NCBI GenBank assembly: GCA_964016885.1
Contig: OZ024740.1
Span: forward strand, 54,188,001 to 54,252,000
Direction of reading: 5' to 3'
Source: Eledone cirrhosa
Taxonomy: Eukaryota
DNA: 64,000 nt
Within the stretch, counting starts at the first letter, position 1. Each line of letters opens with the position of its first letter. Positions 39,050 through 52,870 of the stretch are shown in pieces. The translations under genes were made by a program, and so were the position numbers. Under the pieces are notes generated by a model. The model did no database searches. It was not told the origin of the DNA and saw only the letters and a program-made list of their open reading frames with translations.

Positions 39050-40157
39050 TATACGTTGGAAAAGAAAAAGAATAAGAGAGAAAGATCCAACACATGCAGT
39101 AGACTGGTGTCTCCACCACCGACTATATCTTCCATCATGATTATATTGCTCACTGGTGATTCTTAGTAGTAACCATATAATCGATTCAAGGATTTAGATA
39201 GATATCATTGGTTTTGTTTTTGTATATATTTGTTATTTTAACATTCAGTAATTCTAAAATCTCTGTACTGTCATTAGTCGTTATTGTAATCTTCAGTCGC
39301 TACTGAACATTCTATACGACAATTATCATTAGCATCATCATTTTTTATTCGAAGTATCTTTCGAAATTGGCGGATAGGTGGTAAGCAATTTAGTCGCAGC
39401 CACAATTAGTTTGTGGCATATTCATAAGATCTATATATCTGCAGCTGATAAGCCACTTCTCTCCGGCGGCAATATTTTGATCTGTGTGTGTAATCAATAG
39501 AGTAAAACCCTGATAAAAGGAGAAGTAGTAATGTGTGGAATAATTTCTCTTTACGAACCCTAAAGCTATAAAATAACACATTTCTTTAGAAGAAGAAAAA
39601 ATCAAACAAACAAAGTTACATTAATTTCTAAGATATGTGAGCTAGGTTAGCAAACTATAGAAAAACAAAGTCGGAGACTTAAGTTTCATATCATGTGGTT
39701 GATGGAACGACGCCACACTGTATAGTAAAACAGATTTATCTTTACGTTATTTTAATAGCTATTTCTTATCAAGAAAAATAATCCATTAGTTTGCTTAAAG
39801 TCATTTACACAAATGTGGACCTATTTTGTTTTCTATGTACAAAAGTATAATTTAAAAAAAAAAGAAAAAGAAAAAAGAAAAGAAAAAAAAGAAAAAGAAA
39901 AAACACCAAAATCACTTTTGATGAGAAGATTAAAGAAAGACACCTTTAACAGAGATATAAAATAGAAATGTTGATTAAGACCACGATTCTAATTAGGCTT
40001 AATTCAATTATATCAGGGAAATGGAACCATTCTTTGTCTTAAAATAATTTTTTTTATATAGTGTTGCTTATAAAAATCGACGAGAAAACAAATTTACTCA
40101 CTGCTTTTATACAAGTCATATACATATTCAGAATAAGATACTGAAATGAAAATGTGA

Positions 40158-40206
<49 letters not shown>

Positions 40207-40956
40207 TAATTAATTAACAACACGAGCGCTAATTATAAGCAAATTAGTATTTCTGTTTAAAAAAATACTTAGAGTGAATGGATATATATATATATATGTA
40301 CCCATCAGATACACGTTTGTTGCGGTTAATTTCATGATATGCACGTCTTCTAATGAGGGTCCAATTAGATCCGAAAATGTTTCTCATTTTTCCATTTTCA
40401 GGGAAATTCGTATTTCCTATCGTATATCCAAGTCTTCATGTTAGAAATTTGTATGTACAAGTTGGTGCAATTTCCTTTACACTTTCCGATTTATAAATAT
40501 ATAACTTTCTCCCCTACAGGCCAGTTCTGCTTACGGTGACACTGTTCTTTCTTTCTCGCGACGACTTAAAGTCGACTGGACGCACTCCATTTTTCTCCCT
40601 CTCTCTAACCTGTCCCAACACAAACATTATACCAACGAAGATATTTATTACTCCGTTACTCTGAGCCACCTATTCTTCGTAGTAATCTCAGATAAATCGT
40701 TGAAACTGCAAGGGGTATGAGATCTGATGAGCGTATTTTAATATTTGTGATCTCTTCTCATCCATTCCATTATTACCTTCCTACCATCTCTTCGAGTCAA
40801 CTCACATCAAGCCGCTGATTTCTGTCCTTCGAGGTAATGTTTTACCTAGCGCCGCTTTGACAACATTTTGCTGTTTTAACATCTACCTTACGCCGAGTTT
40901 TTCCATTTTCCTACAAATACACTCGCATTTCAAACATATGAGTGAATTTTCTTTAT

Positions 40957-41009
<53 letters not shown>

Positions 41010-41352
41010 TTGTGTGTGTATGTGTGTGTGTGTGTGTTTAGTTTAATTGAGTGCAACATTATGATACTGTTTTTTCAAAGACTTGAACACTCGATGTGTA
41101 GTGGGTCCGTTTAACTATAGTACTTGGTGTTACACATTTGGTGTTATACTATGATTCTTCATAAGCAGACTGTAATGCTAATAACAAGTAGTAACGAGAT
41201 ATCTGAGTACCATCATTAAGTATTATTTGAACTGATATAGATATATATATATATTAAATATGTATGTACGTATGTTCTACAATACTATATGTGAATATTT
41301 AAAAAAAGTGTAACATAAGCACAGGTATATCAATGACTGCAAATTAACTTGG

Positions 41353-41424
<72 letters not shown>

Positions 41425-41562
41425 AGAGAGAGAGAGAGAGAAAGAGAGTGAGAAAGAGAGAGAGATATAGAGAGAGAGGGAGAGAGAGAGCGAGAGAGCG
41501 AAAGAGAATGTAAAAGAGTGTAGAGGGGAGAAAGAGTAGACCCAAGGATATATGAATGCATT

Positions 41563-41600
<38 letters not shown>

Positions 41601-42324
41601 GAGAGAGAGATAGATGTGCGTGTGTGTATATATGTGTGTGTGTGTGTGTCAGTATGTGCGCTTTTTCTAGTGATGTTCATAAGTGATGAGACTTGCAAAT
41701 CCAGTTGTGTTAATTCTCTTCACTGAAGAATTATTACAATGAGAGAAAAAAAAAATCATATGGCACACACAGACACATAGAGACACATAAACATGACACA
41801 AACATATACGCACGCACGCACATATACAGACAGCTATATAGACAACGTGAGATGAAAGGATAAAAAGTAAGCGAGTTTTACGAAGAAGCAAAATAGGGTT
41901 ATAGAAAAGGTGATACCACAGGGAAATCATTGAAGTCGAGTTAATCATGAGAAGGCAGCCTTGCACCTGCTGAACAAGTGGTGCATACACATCACTAAAT
42001 ATGCACAACCAAACAAATGTAAATTCTTATCAGAGTTTCAATTTCTAAAGCTTTTGTCTTCCTATGGAAGTCAGTGGGTCAGCATAGGCTTTATTTTTAT
42101 TAATATAATAAAATATAACACATAAAATATAACCACGCTTTATTAATTTTTTTTCTCTTTCTATATATAAATGCATGAAGTATGTATATATTTATGTGTA
42201 TAATTTAGGTGATATACTTATATATATATTACAATAAATTAACGGAGCCATAGACTCTCGCTATTCCCTGTCAATAATGTGCTCAAAGGAGAGGAATCCT
42301 GAGCTCTTTAAAATAAAATATGTT

Positions 42325-42448
42325 GAAAAGGTAACACACTAGAGAGAGATAGTGCGCCATCAATAAAACAGGGAAAAACGACCAGTGTATGGAATCTATA
42401 ACCTTTTATTAATGGCGCACTAGCTCTCTCTAGTGTGTTACCTTTTCT
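42325..42448. repeat. Inverted repeat, about 43-bp arms
   Basis: GAAAAGGTAACACACTAGAGAGAGATAGTGCGCCAT../..ATGGCGCACTAGCTCTCTCTAGTGTGTTACCTTTTC. Confidence 0.8.
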
Positions 42449-42532
42449 TATATGTATATATATATTTGTCTATTTATCTCACTTTATATTTATATCCTCT
42501 TCTATTTGTTTATTTATATCTCTCGCCCCCCC

Positions 42533-42564
<32 letters not shown>

Positions 42565-42603
42565 CTAATTATCTATCTAACAAACTGCCTATCTCTCTCA
42601 CAC

Positions 42604-42768
<165 letters not shown>

Positions 42769-43075
42769 CGTGTACGAAAAGTAACCGGAAAACAACACCG
42801 CAAAAAGATACAATGCAATGAAGTTAGGTATGAATTTAACGCTTGATATAGCAGAATATAGAAGAAAGAACATATAGAAGATAGAATGGAGGATAAAAGC
42901 AGGAATAAAAAGATAAAGAAACGGAAGAAACGGAAAGAAATGTAAATAATATAATTTTAATTTCATACACATAATATGTATGCGTGACCATAGGTTCCAG
43001 TCGGTATCCAGTTTTGGCCACCACTGTAGAGGAGCTGTTTCAATAAGGGCCTCTCATCGGAGAGAACCAATATCC

Positions 43076-43104
<29 letters not shown>

Positions 43105-43107
<3 letters not shown>

Positions 43108-43840
43108 GAACATGCCAGACAACAACACGACGGTAACATAGACAATATAGAAATTAGAATAATATCTAAACATAGAAATGACCCAGCAGATAGGCAAATC
43201 AGAGAGGCCAGCGAAATAGAACTGAGAAGGCCAAGGCTAAACAGAAAAAATGAATGGAATAACAACAACACCGAAACAAACAATACTGACCTAAGATAAG
43301 TATAAATAAATAAATAAATACATACACAAGCACAATAACAACAAACACATATAAACACACACTAGTAAACTAAGATAGAATACAATAACCAATACACGGT
43401 CACCCAAACACGAACACACATCAAACACTATACACACATCAAACACTATACACACACGCAAATGCATGCGCAGAGAAGACGAAAAAAAAACAAAAAAAAA
43501 CAGACTAAATAAAGATGGCGTAGGCATACAATACAACAGGAGGAAACATAATAGCACCACTGACGATGTTGCAGATGTGCAACGAAAGAAATTTGTTAGA
43601 CTACATATATGTGTTTGACTCTATATTATATCCGTATTTTTGACCGTTGGTCAGTCAATGGTAACATTGAGGACCGAATAAATTAAATTAACCGATATAA
43701 AAGACACAGAAGCGAAAACCAACCAAACAGTGAGTGTGTTCTGTTATTAATTCTGGCAATATTACACAAATATGACCCTCCACAAGAATAACAATATTTG
43801 TTTCGACACACGATTTCATATCAAAAACATTCGCAAAACT
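43105..43840 (+). mobile_element. 5'-truncated copy (end of GIY-YIG domain plus 3' pseudo-LTR) of the PLE at 48.4-52.0 kb
   Basis: Colinear with 51292-51975; bounded by (TA)n on both sides. Confidence 0.85.
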
Positions 43841-44039
43841 AATATATATATATATATATATATATATACACCCCACTCTCAAGCGCGCGAACCTAATACT
43901 AATACTTTGTACTGCACTCTTCGTTTTGTTTTTGTTTTCTGTTTTAACTATTATATATATATATATTATATATATATATATATATATAAATATAGGGGCT
44001 CTTTCACACACACACTAACACACATACACAGGCGCGCGC

Positions 44040-44090
<51 letters not shown>

Positions 44091-44093
<3 letters not shown>

Positions 44094-45340
44094 CACCCTG
44101 GAGCACTCCAGTCAGTATCTCAAAAAACACCGTTGTTGCATCAGGTGAAATAACGTCGGCTCTGGTGTTGGTGGAGAAGAATGATATCAGGTCGACTATA
44201 TTGGGGTTTCCATAAGCCTGTAAGACCTATATCAGGCAGTCTTTCTCCACAGAATCAAAGGCCTTCCTGAAGTCCATGATAACCATGGCAACAGGAAGGC
44301 TCTTTCTTCTAGCTCCCTCTAAAATTCTCCTAAGCATCAGATTGTGACCGGTCGTTGATCTTCCGTTGCTGAAGCCGTTCTAGTTGCCTCTGAGCTCCTT
44401 CTCCAACTCGAGCTGGATACTGTTGAGAACTATCCTGTTAAGTGTCTTTGCAAAATGTGACGTCAGTGAAATCCCCCTGTTGGTGTTGGTGATCGAGAGA
44501 TCTCCCTTCTTTCGTATTGGGACTATGTTACTGATCCTACACTCATCCGTGAAGGAGGCAGGGGAGTTGTAACGACGAAGAGACGGATCTTCAGGTATTT
44601 ACGAAGTCCAACTTCCACACCGACCTCAACATGTGACACACCACTCAGGAATTGTTCTTTCAACTTCTGTGTTTTCAATGATTGCTCCCAGATACAGAAT
44701 GTTAAACAGATCTAGCGGCTTCCCTCTCAATTTGATAATCTTCTCTGAGCTCCTTGATACTCTCTACTAGATAATTCGTCTTACTTTCAGGCCCACACTC
44801 ATGCATTTCAATGTAACAACAAATGAGCATATGCGTGCGTTAAATCGTTCGGATATTGAAGGATTAGATGACTTCTTATATCTTGGCATTTCCATGAACA
44901 ACACAGGTCATGATGTGAGCACCAGAATTGTCAAGGCATGTCGGTGTTTCAATTCACCACCGAAAGTGTGGATATCTTCGACCATGAAAACATTGCCAAT
45001 AAGTCTGTCAATCAACGGTTAAGGACATTTACAAAATTACTTAAGGTTAAGGACATTTACAAAAATCAATGGCATATACCGACGAATGCTGTGAAAGGCT
45101 CAGAGAATTTTCTGGAAAACACATTCAGCAAACAAATCGCTCTGTTTCCTACCGTTGGCTTGTTGATATCATATGACATAGGAGGCTCACATTAGCTGGG
45201 CATGAATCTGCCGGCAGGTTTCTTCACTGAAAAACATACGTATGCAGACGAATTGGAAGAACAAATATCGCACCGAAAGATGTTATTGAAGATGACACTA
45301 GATTAGAGGCAAAGGAACTTTAGAATGGTGCAATGGTGGA
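44091..45340. mobile_element. Decayed RTE-like LINE RT fragments in opposite orientations
   Basis: Minus strand 44091-44630: NGFSNGRSTTGHNLMLRRILEG..IMDFRKAFDSV..LQGD. Plus strand from 44800: LDDFLYLGISM..DVSTRIVKA..F...KVW. Confidence 0.65.
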
Positions 45341-46174
45341 CATGTTGATCCTGAGGAGGAACATTGTCATGGCACTGTAACGGATATGCAGAAAAAATAA
45401 TTATAGAAAGAGGATAGATAAATAGATAAGTAACTCATTTAGAACAGTGTATCTGATAAAATGCATTGTAAGTGCTGGTGGTACAAATGAAACTCAATAA
45501 GAATTTCAGGGCCCATTAATGAACCATACTAAATGAAATTATTCACCACGTGCTCCCATTCAATTTTATATTTTTTGAGTACAGGTAGACAAGGAAATAC
45601 TGGGGCATGTCCAGCCGCTTTCCCTTTGCACCGGTCGCAGCCGAGACCTCAGGAGTACTCGGACACAATACAGCTGAGCTCCACCGTAAAATCAGAACGT
45701 AAGCTGCATGTCTAACGAAGGAGCAGTTTTGTCCGCTGGACGCAGCCGAAACATCGCTCCGGCCTAAGTGTAAAATCTGTCACCCCCTCCCCTTCCTCCT
45801 CTCTTTCTTCCGTTGACTAATACTCCTTGCTCTTTCCTTCCTTTTCTTCTTATTTATCACATTTATTGCCCTTTCCTTTACTTTCCTATACAGCAAGATC
45901 TGCTATTCTTTACTCCTTCCTCTTTGTCCGTTACGTAATTTTGTTTTTAACGTCTTTTAATATTTCCAGTGTTGTATAACGTTTGTTTGTAAAATATAGT
46001 TGAGAGAATTTTATACCTAAATCCAACAATCAACATAGGTGATCATCTAAACAAATCACACAATACCCTCTTTAATAAAATGGAGGACACAAGTGTAATT
46101 AAGTGCTTTCTAACTTTAATCTTTTTACTTTTTGCCTTATATATATATGTATATATATAAATTATTTATATATA

Positions 46175-46257
46175 TATATAAACAGCTTTGTAAAATAAAC
46201 ACGTATAAGTACATATATATATATTTATACGTGTTTATTTTACAAAGCTGTTTATAC
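46175..46257. repeat. Near-perfect palindrome
   Basis: TATAAACAGCTTTGTAAAATAAACACGTATAA..TTATACGTGTTTATTTTACAAAGCTGTTTATA. Confidence 0.85.
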
Positions 46258-47409
46258 AAAAAAAAAAACGAAACACTAGTAAAGGGATCAAAGATGAAAG
46301 TAAAAAAAGAAGTGAAAAGAAGAAAAACAATAAAGAGCCACGAAAAAAAGGAAGAGGGGGGGATATACACTATACCCTAATCTGAGCCGTGCCTCAGCTG
46401 CACCCCGCGGCAAAGGGGTTATGAGAATGTCCTGAGTCACCGTCTGCAAAAGACACCCCCCTCCCTCACGGGTCTCTCTCAGCAAGTGAGTCGCCGTCTT
46501 CCCGAGTTTACGGAGGGAATAAGCATTGCGGGGCCAGGGACACTGGAAGTGTCGATGGAGTCCGGTACAAAGACAAAGCGGTCAGCGTAGCCCGGCATTG
46601 TGGCCGAAGCAACAAGATTGGAGGTGGAGAAGGTGTCGCTCTACGTGACATCCCACATTACGTATGTATATGTAACTTTGCTAATGTTTTAAGTGATTTG
46701 TACGTTGAAAATATTGTACATATTTGTGATTTGTACACTGAAAATATGTGAGAACAAAAGTAGTTTTCAACAAATGCGATATAAAACAAACGAAATAAAT
46801 AAATATAAAGAGTGGTAGACCTAATACATTAAATGGTAAAAAGATCTCAGAGAAAGGTTGATTTACAATGAATTATCACAGAATGCTCAACGTTGATGTA
46901 ATAAAAACTATCAGAAAATCTACCTCTGCCTGCGATCACGATGCAAAGACAACAGACACCACTAATATATATATATAGCAGTATATCCGATAAAACATTT
47001 CAGAAAAATACATTCAACAGTGCCGCATAGCACCCCTGTTGTCAATAATGACAAGAGGAGACTTTTTCTTCGCTGCTCAAAATACAAGACAGACAGAAAA
47101 ATCATCTTGATATCATAGATTAAGCAACTTAGATATGAAAAATACAGAGTATGGCATTTAGTTTTAGATTAAAATGAAATGATCCATATTTTTGTAGCGG
47201 AATCGAAACATTAACAATATAGATAACGGTAAAACATTGTGTCGCGGAAGTTAACTGGCATTTAAAATACCAAATACCAAAATCTACAAAGATATATACG
47301 AATTATCACGTCTACATGAATTGCGGTGATGAGATCGCAGCGGTCTTAAAACACAACATATCCGGCGCTACTTACCGTAGTTGCGAAACTAATGCCAGAT
47401 TTTATGTTA

Positions 47410-47595
47410 ATAATTGTTTCTACATTAGGCACAAGGCTAGCAATAACCAGTACATCACTGGTACTTTATTTTATCGACCCCGTAAGGATGAAAGGCAAAG
47501 TTAACCTCGGCGGGATTTGAACTCAGACTGTAAAGGGACATAACTATGCTAGAAAGTATGGCGTCCAACCCTCTACCGATATTGCCAATTCACCT
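47410..47595 (-). mobile_element. tRNA-derived SINE copy
   Basis: Reverse complement of the SINE core. Confidence 0.85.
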
Positions 47596-47654
47596 AATAA
47601 TATTACTACATACGCCCATGATACAAGTGTCTCTGTCAACATTTGTCCATTGAA

Positions 47655-48345
47655 CGTTACCACGAACCAAAGTATCGTCTTCCTGTCTTCCTCCGGTTGC
47701 AACGTTTTTTGAAATATCCAGTTCTGCGTTTACAGATTGACTTTGTTAGTTTCAGAAGATCCCGTTAAGGGTGAAAGCAGCGATTCTTTGCTTAAACTTT
47801 AATCTGTTATTTTAGTAAATATTTGCTCTACGGTTCTTATATATTTGATATATATTTTCCTTATCGAGCCCTCTTTGGATTTTAGTCTTCAATTTTATTA
47901 TTATTACTATTTGGCTCCTTCGGTTGAGCACTCTACTGACTTATATTCATCATGCAGAAACAACATCTGAATATTTTTACAAAGAACATACCCGTACCAA
48001 GCAGGAAAACATACCTAAAACTCCTGATACAGAAAACAGACGCGTTCATTAAAAGGTTGCGTTGGCGTGCTTTTTATTTCGATAATCCGCGAAAAGCAGA
48101 CAACAAACAGGATAAATTTGGATTTAAAACCTATAATAACCCTCCGTGGAACCCAGCATTGCTTTTCTCGTTCTTTGCCAGCGAATGTTACCACGAACCA
48201 AAGTATCGTCTTCCTGTCTTCCTCCGGTTGCAACGTTTTTTGAAATATCCAGTTCTGCGTTTACAGATTGACTTTGTTAGTTTCAGAAGATCCCTTTAAG
48301 GGTGAAAGCAGCGATTCTTTGCTTAAACTTTAATCTGTTATTTTA

Positions 48346-48350
<5 letters not shown>
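47655..48350 (+). mobile_element. PLE deletion derivative: pseudo-LTR, ORF N-terminus, repeated pseudo-LTR (531-bp period), ending in (TA)n
   Basis: 47655-47820 is repeated at 48186-48350. ATG 47952 encodes KNIPVPSRKTYLKLLIQKTDAFIKRLRWRAFYFD, homologous to the N-terminus at 62835-62730 (-). Confidence 0.8.
47748..47798 (+). ncRNA. Variant-core hammerhead (CAGAAGA) in a PLE pseudo-LTR; copies at 48279-48329 (+), 62984-63034 (-), 26430-26480 (+, CCGAAGG)
   Basis: AGTTT-CAGAAGA-T-CCC(GTTAA)GGG-T-GAAA-GCA(GCGATTCTT)TGC-TT-AAACT. Confidence 0.6.
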
Positions 48351-48401
<51 letters not shown>

Positions 48402-48882
48402 TTGCGAGGTTTTTGATATGAAATCGTGTGTCGAAACAAATATTGTTATACTTGAGGGGGTCATATTTGTGTAATATTGCCAGAATTAATAACAGAACAC
48501 ACTCACTGTTTGGTTGGTTTTCGCTCTTCGCTACTGTGTCTTTTATGTCGGCAATCTAATTTATTCGGTCCTCAATGTTGCCATTGGTAATAATAGAAAT
48601 AATACATGTAGCAACATTAATGATAGACACAACAAAAACAAGAAACATAATAAAAGTAACAACCACAATGGTAGAAATAACAGTAACAACAACAATACCG
48701 GTGAAGAAAACAACAATTACAGCAACAATATATCTAGCAATCCTAACAACAATACATCTAGCAATCACAGCAACAATACATCTAGCAATCATAAAAATAA
48801 TAATAATGCTAATGATAGGAACAACACCAACCACCATAATAACAATAATAGCAACACGCACAACTATGACGATAGATATAAT

Positions 48883-49069
48883 TGTTTCTACTTTAGGCAC
48901 AAGGCCAGCAATTATCCAGTGCATTACTGGTACTTTATTTTATCGACCCCGTAAGGATGAAAGGCAAAGTCAACCTCGACGGGATTTGAACTCAGATCGT
49001 AAAGGGACGTAACTATGCTGGAAAGCATGGCGTCCGACCCTCTACCGATACTGCCAATCCACCGCCCTA
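48883..49069 (-). mobile_element. SINE inserted into the PLE with a 14-bp target-site duplication
   Basis: ACGATAGATATAAT at 48869-48882 and 49070-49083 flanks a full SINE. Confidence 0.9.
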
Positions 49070-49083
49070 ACGATAGATATAAT

Positions 49084-51440
49084 GACAATCCCTTAGAGAA
49101 ACTATTCTTCAACCCAGCTGACAAAACATATAAGATGGGTAATATCTATCCTACGAGGTTACCCTTTAATAAAAGAGATTGCATACCACAACAAATAGAT
49201 GACAAGATAGAGGCACAGTTCACCATAGCTAGAAATAAGATTAGACAAATAGTAGACCGGTATACTAAGAGACAGAGCAGACCAGAGGCCCAACAACTTG
49301 GGAGGAAACCTATAGAAGGCTTGGTTAGCCTCAAGCAGCGCACAAAGGAGGGTGAGTAGCATGTCTACCCTCGGATAAGTCTGGTAGGATGTCAATTGAT
49401 AGCATGCCGAACTACATCAAGGCTATGCAACCCCACATTACCAACACGAGCGAAATTGCACAGCAAATACATGATGGGAGAGAGAAAATCCTCAACGCTA
49501 ACATCATGATGTGGACCGACATCCTAAATCCAAGCAGACGCACTGCCAACAACTTCCAGGCGTCTAACAATGGCATACCACACTTGTATGGGCTCCGCAA
49601 AGACCACAAGACAGTCGACGACCCGACAACAGGACCACCAACAAGACCCGTATGCGGAGCAAATATAGCTAGCACGTACAGGATCTCCTAATTCCTCTCA
49701 ATGGTTATACGCCCCATAATCAAGATGTCCCTAGATGTATGTGACAGTACAGAAGACCTCCTCAGCAGAATCAGTGAGTGCAACAAAAACAGGAACCTAT
49801 CCAACTGCATTATAGGCAGCATGGATGTGGTATCACTGCACCCATCCATTAACATTGATTTTGCTGAAGAAAAATGTGTGGAGATGATCATTGAGAGTGA
49901 GGTGGAGTTCTGCGACGTCGACACAGACGAACTGGGCCTCCTACTTAGACTTACCTACGACACTGACTACCTAGACAGCCATGACCTTAGACGTTTCTGC
50001 CCCAGTAGACCCATAAGAGGTAGACACCCCACCATAACCTCAATGGCTAAAAAGACTCCCATGGGAAGGTGGACTGTTTGTACCAAAGCTATACGAACCC
50101 CCAAAACAATGATCAGGTAAGAAAAATGGTCGCACATGCAATAGGGGCTAGTATGAAAACTACCCTAAAGGGCCACATATTCAAGTTCAACGAGAAGATC
50201 TACACCCAACATGAGGGAGCAGCCATTGGCGTCAGCATAGCTGGTGACGTTGCCAACCTTTTCATGGTTTGGTGGGAAAGGAGACTTACAGATCTCCTTA
50301 ATGAGAGCTCCAGAAACCTCATCATGTACTCTCGTTACGTAGACGATATCTATATAGTTATAAGAACATCCCCACAAGAGAGCACTAACAAGTTTGATTT
50401 AGAACGTAGCACAATGGAAAGCATCCAGCAGATAGCTAATTCCATACACTAGAGTATAACTGTAACTATCGCCTACCCTTCCAAAGACCCTAACAATAGA
50501 CTACCTGTATTAGACACGGAACTCTGGATTAACACTATAGACGAGAGAGCCCAAATTCTCCACCCACACTATGCTAAACCCATGGCCTCCAAATACCTGA
50601 TACCCAAAAGCTCAGCAATGTCCAGTAGTGCTAAGTTTAATATTCTGATCGCAGACTTGGTACGAGTGATGAAGAACGGGTCCCGCATGTGCGACCCAAC
50701 AGAAATGGAAAGACACATCCAACACTTCATCAACCGCATGTAGTTCTCTGGCTACAACCGAAGAGACAAATTCAGAGTATACGAAGGAGCCACGGAGAAG
50801 TATAAGACCCTCATAGAACTGGACATGAAAGGAATTTGCCCATTATACAGGAGCAAATCATGGAATAGCTTAGATAGGGCTAGACATAAGATAGGAAAAG
50901 CCACCTCATGGTACGACAACCAGAGATACCAGAGTGTCATGTTTGTGGACGCTACCCCTGGAGGGAAATTAGCTAACCAGTGTAGAAAGGCCCTGAGAAA
51001 GACCCACTTAAAGATTAAGGTGGTAGAAAAGCCAGGAACCACCATAAAATCTCTGATCAGCAAAACCTACCCTTTTAATAAAACCCACTGTACTAATAGG
51101 AAATGTATCATATGAAGGTAAACCCCCGGATAAACTGTAAAACTAGAAACGTAGTCTATAGCATAAGATGTACAGAGGGTACTTGCAGAAACATGACAAC
51201 AACATACATAGGCGAGACAGCTCGTAGCATAGGTGAAAGGATAGACCAACACTGGGGGGGAACTAAAAGGACGAAAAAACGGTTATGTACTATACGAACA
51301 TGCCAGACAACAACACAACGGTAACATAGACAACATAGAAATTAGAATAATATCTAAACATAGAAATAACCCAGCAGATAGGCAAATCAGAGAGGCCAGT
51401 GAAATAGAACTTAGAAGGCCAAGGCTAAACAGAAAAAATG
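49084..51440 (+). pseudogene. PLE RT/GIY-YIG ORF remnant (multiple stops and frameshifts)
   Basis: LYGLRKDHK, PTRPVCGA, GSMDVVSLHPSI, GAAIGVSIAGDVANLFM, YSRYVDD, LPVLD, NVVYSIRC..YIGETARSIGERIDQH. Confidence 0.9.
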
Positions 51441-51479
51441 AACAACACCCAAACAAACAACACTGACCCAAGAGAAGTA

Positions 51480-51510
<31 letters not shown>

Positions 51511-51992
51511 ATACACAAGCACAATAACAACAAACACATAAACCCACACTAGTAAAGAGAGAATACATTAACCAATACACAGTCACCCAATCACGAACAC
51601 ACATCAAACAAACCACTATACACACACGCAAACGCATGCGCAAAGAAGACAACATAAAATAAACAAATAAATAAATATATAAACAGACTAAATAAAGATG
51701 GCGTAAAAAATACAATGCAACGGGAGGAAACAATAGCACCACTGACAGAGTTGCAGATGTGCAACGAAAGAACTTTGATAAACTATATATATATGTGTTT
51801 GTGTTTATATTGTATCTGTATTTTTGACCGTTGGTCAGTCAATGGTAACATTGAGGACCAAATCAATTAGATTACCGACATAAAACACAAAGACGCGAAA
51901 AGCGAAAACCAACCAAACAGTGAGTGTGTTCTGTTATTAATTCTGGCAATATTACACAAATATGACCTTCCCCAAGTTTATATATATATAAT

Positions 51993-52096
51993 TTTAATAT
52001 AGATGAGAATCTACAGGACTAGAACTGTTTCACTATTGAGAAATCATCTCAAGAATGAAACAGTTCTAGTCCTGTAGAATCTCATCTATATTAAAA
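51993..52096. repeat. Palindrome whose arms carry a 3' half-hammerhead (GAAAC...GTC)
   Basis: TTTTAATATAGATGAG..CTACAGGACTAGAACTGTTTCA / TGAAACAGTTCTAGTCCTGTAG..CTCATCTATATTAAAA, with central hairpin TTGAGA(AATCA)TCTCAA. Confidence 0.75.
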
Positions 52097-52165
52097 CTGT
52101 TATACTCTGCTATGTATTGAGTACCGTACTTACTGTGGTTACCTCCGATTCAACCCGGAATGACT

Positions 52166-52207
<42 letters not shown>

Positions 52208-52228
52208 TCACACAATACCCCCCCCCCC

Positions 52229-52267
<39 letters not shown>

Positions 52268-52304
52268 GAATGACATTAATAAATGGAAACTATCTTTAGA
52301 AAAG

Positions 52305-52360
52305 CATATTATATATATTTCAAGGGTACCAAAACTTTGTACGCCCTCATCAGATAAAAT
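52305..52360 (-). ncRNA. Candidate type I hammerhead
   Basis: Minus strand: TTTTAT-CTGATGA-GGGCGTAC(AAAGTTTTG)GTACCCTT-GAAA-TATATA-TA-ATATG; stem I weak. Confidence 0.55.
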
Positions 52361-52573
52361 ACGAAGTGTGTTTTATAAATATTGACATATCCAGGAACGA
52401 GATATTCACGGTTCAAGTTTTACCTGGATAGTAAAAGGAAAAACGGGAAGAGAGGAAAAAACAAATATTTCAAAATTTTAAGATGAACATGCAAATGAGG
52501 TTGAGGCATGGGCTGAAAAAAACGTTATTTTTAGACGCTTTTTGAATTACAAACGCATTAAATATCCCTTTTG

Positions 52574-52641
<68 letters not shown>

Positions 52642-52642
<1 letters not shown>

Positions 52643-52836
52643 CGAAGGAAATGTGGTAAGGAACCAGGTGGACCATAACGCACCAAAGTACTCAGTACTT
52701 GAGGTAGTAGAGTGGGTAATAGGAACCAGTAAGACCCCGACAGCTGAGCTCAAGCCGTTTCGACGGCTAATTCTGGACTAAATCCAGAATTAGCCGTCGA
52801 AACGGCTTGAGCTCAGCCGTCGGGGTCTTACTGGTT

Positions 52837-52840
<4 letters not shown>
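52642..52840. repeat. Palindromic member of a dispersed TA-inserted family (also 22357-22407, 28457-28616, 32541-32770, 33770-33872, 53260-53390, 55374-55489)
   Basis: Shared CCCCGACGGCAGAGCTCAAGCCGTTTCGACGGCTA..TCTGGA|..CAGAA..AGCCGTCGAAACGGCTTGAGCTC.GCCGTCGGGG. Confidence 0.85.

Positions 52841-52870
<30 letters not shown>

Larger units (their letters stand above)
48398..51978 (+). mobile_element. Decayed Penelope-like retroelement (RT plus C-terminal GIY-YIG) with inverted 5' pseudo-LTR, TA-flanked
   Basis: About 48450-48587 is the reverse complement of 51840-51975; RT and endonuclease motifs lie between. Confidence 0.9.

Noticed and set aside
40345-40405. Hammerhead-like CTAATGA-GGGTC..GATCC-GAAA
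   Set aside because: G5 is mutated and stems I and III are ambiguous; possible relic only.
43030-43068. Minus-strand CCGATGA-GAGGCCCTT-ATT-GAAAC motif
   Set aside because: Altered core and no convincing stem I or III.
45705-45770. CTAACGA...CCGAAAC hammerhead-like motif
   Set aside because: Altered core and no stem I.
48514-48954. Asn-rich host protein
   Set aside because: Low-complexity AAC/AAT sequence inside the PLE, fused in frame to pseudo-LTR and SINE sequence.
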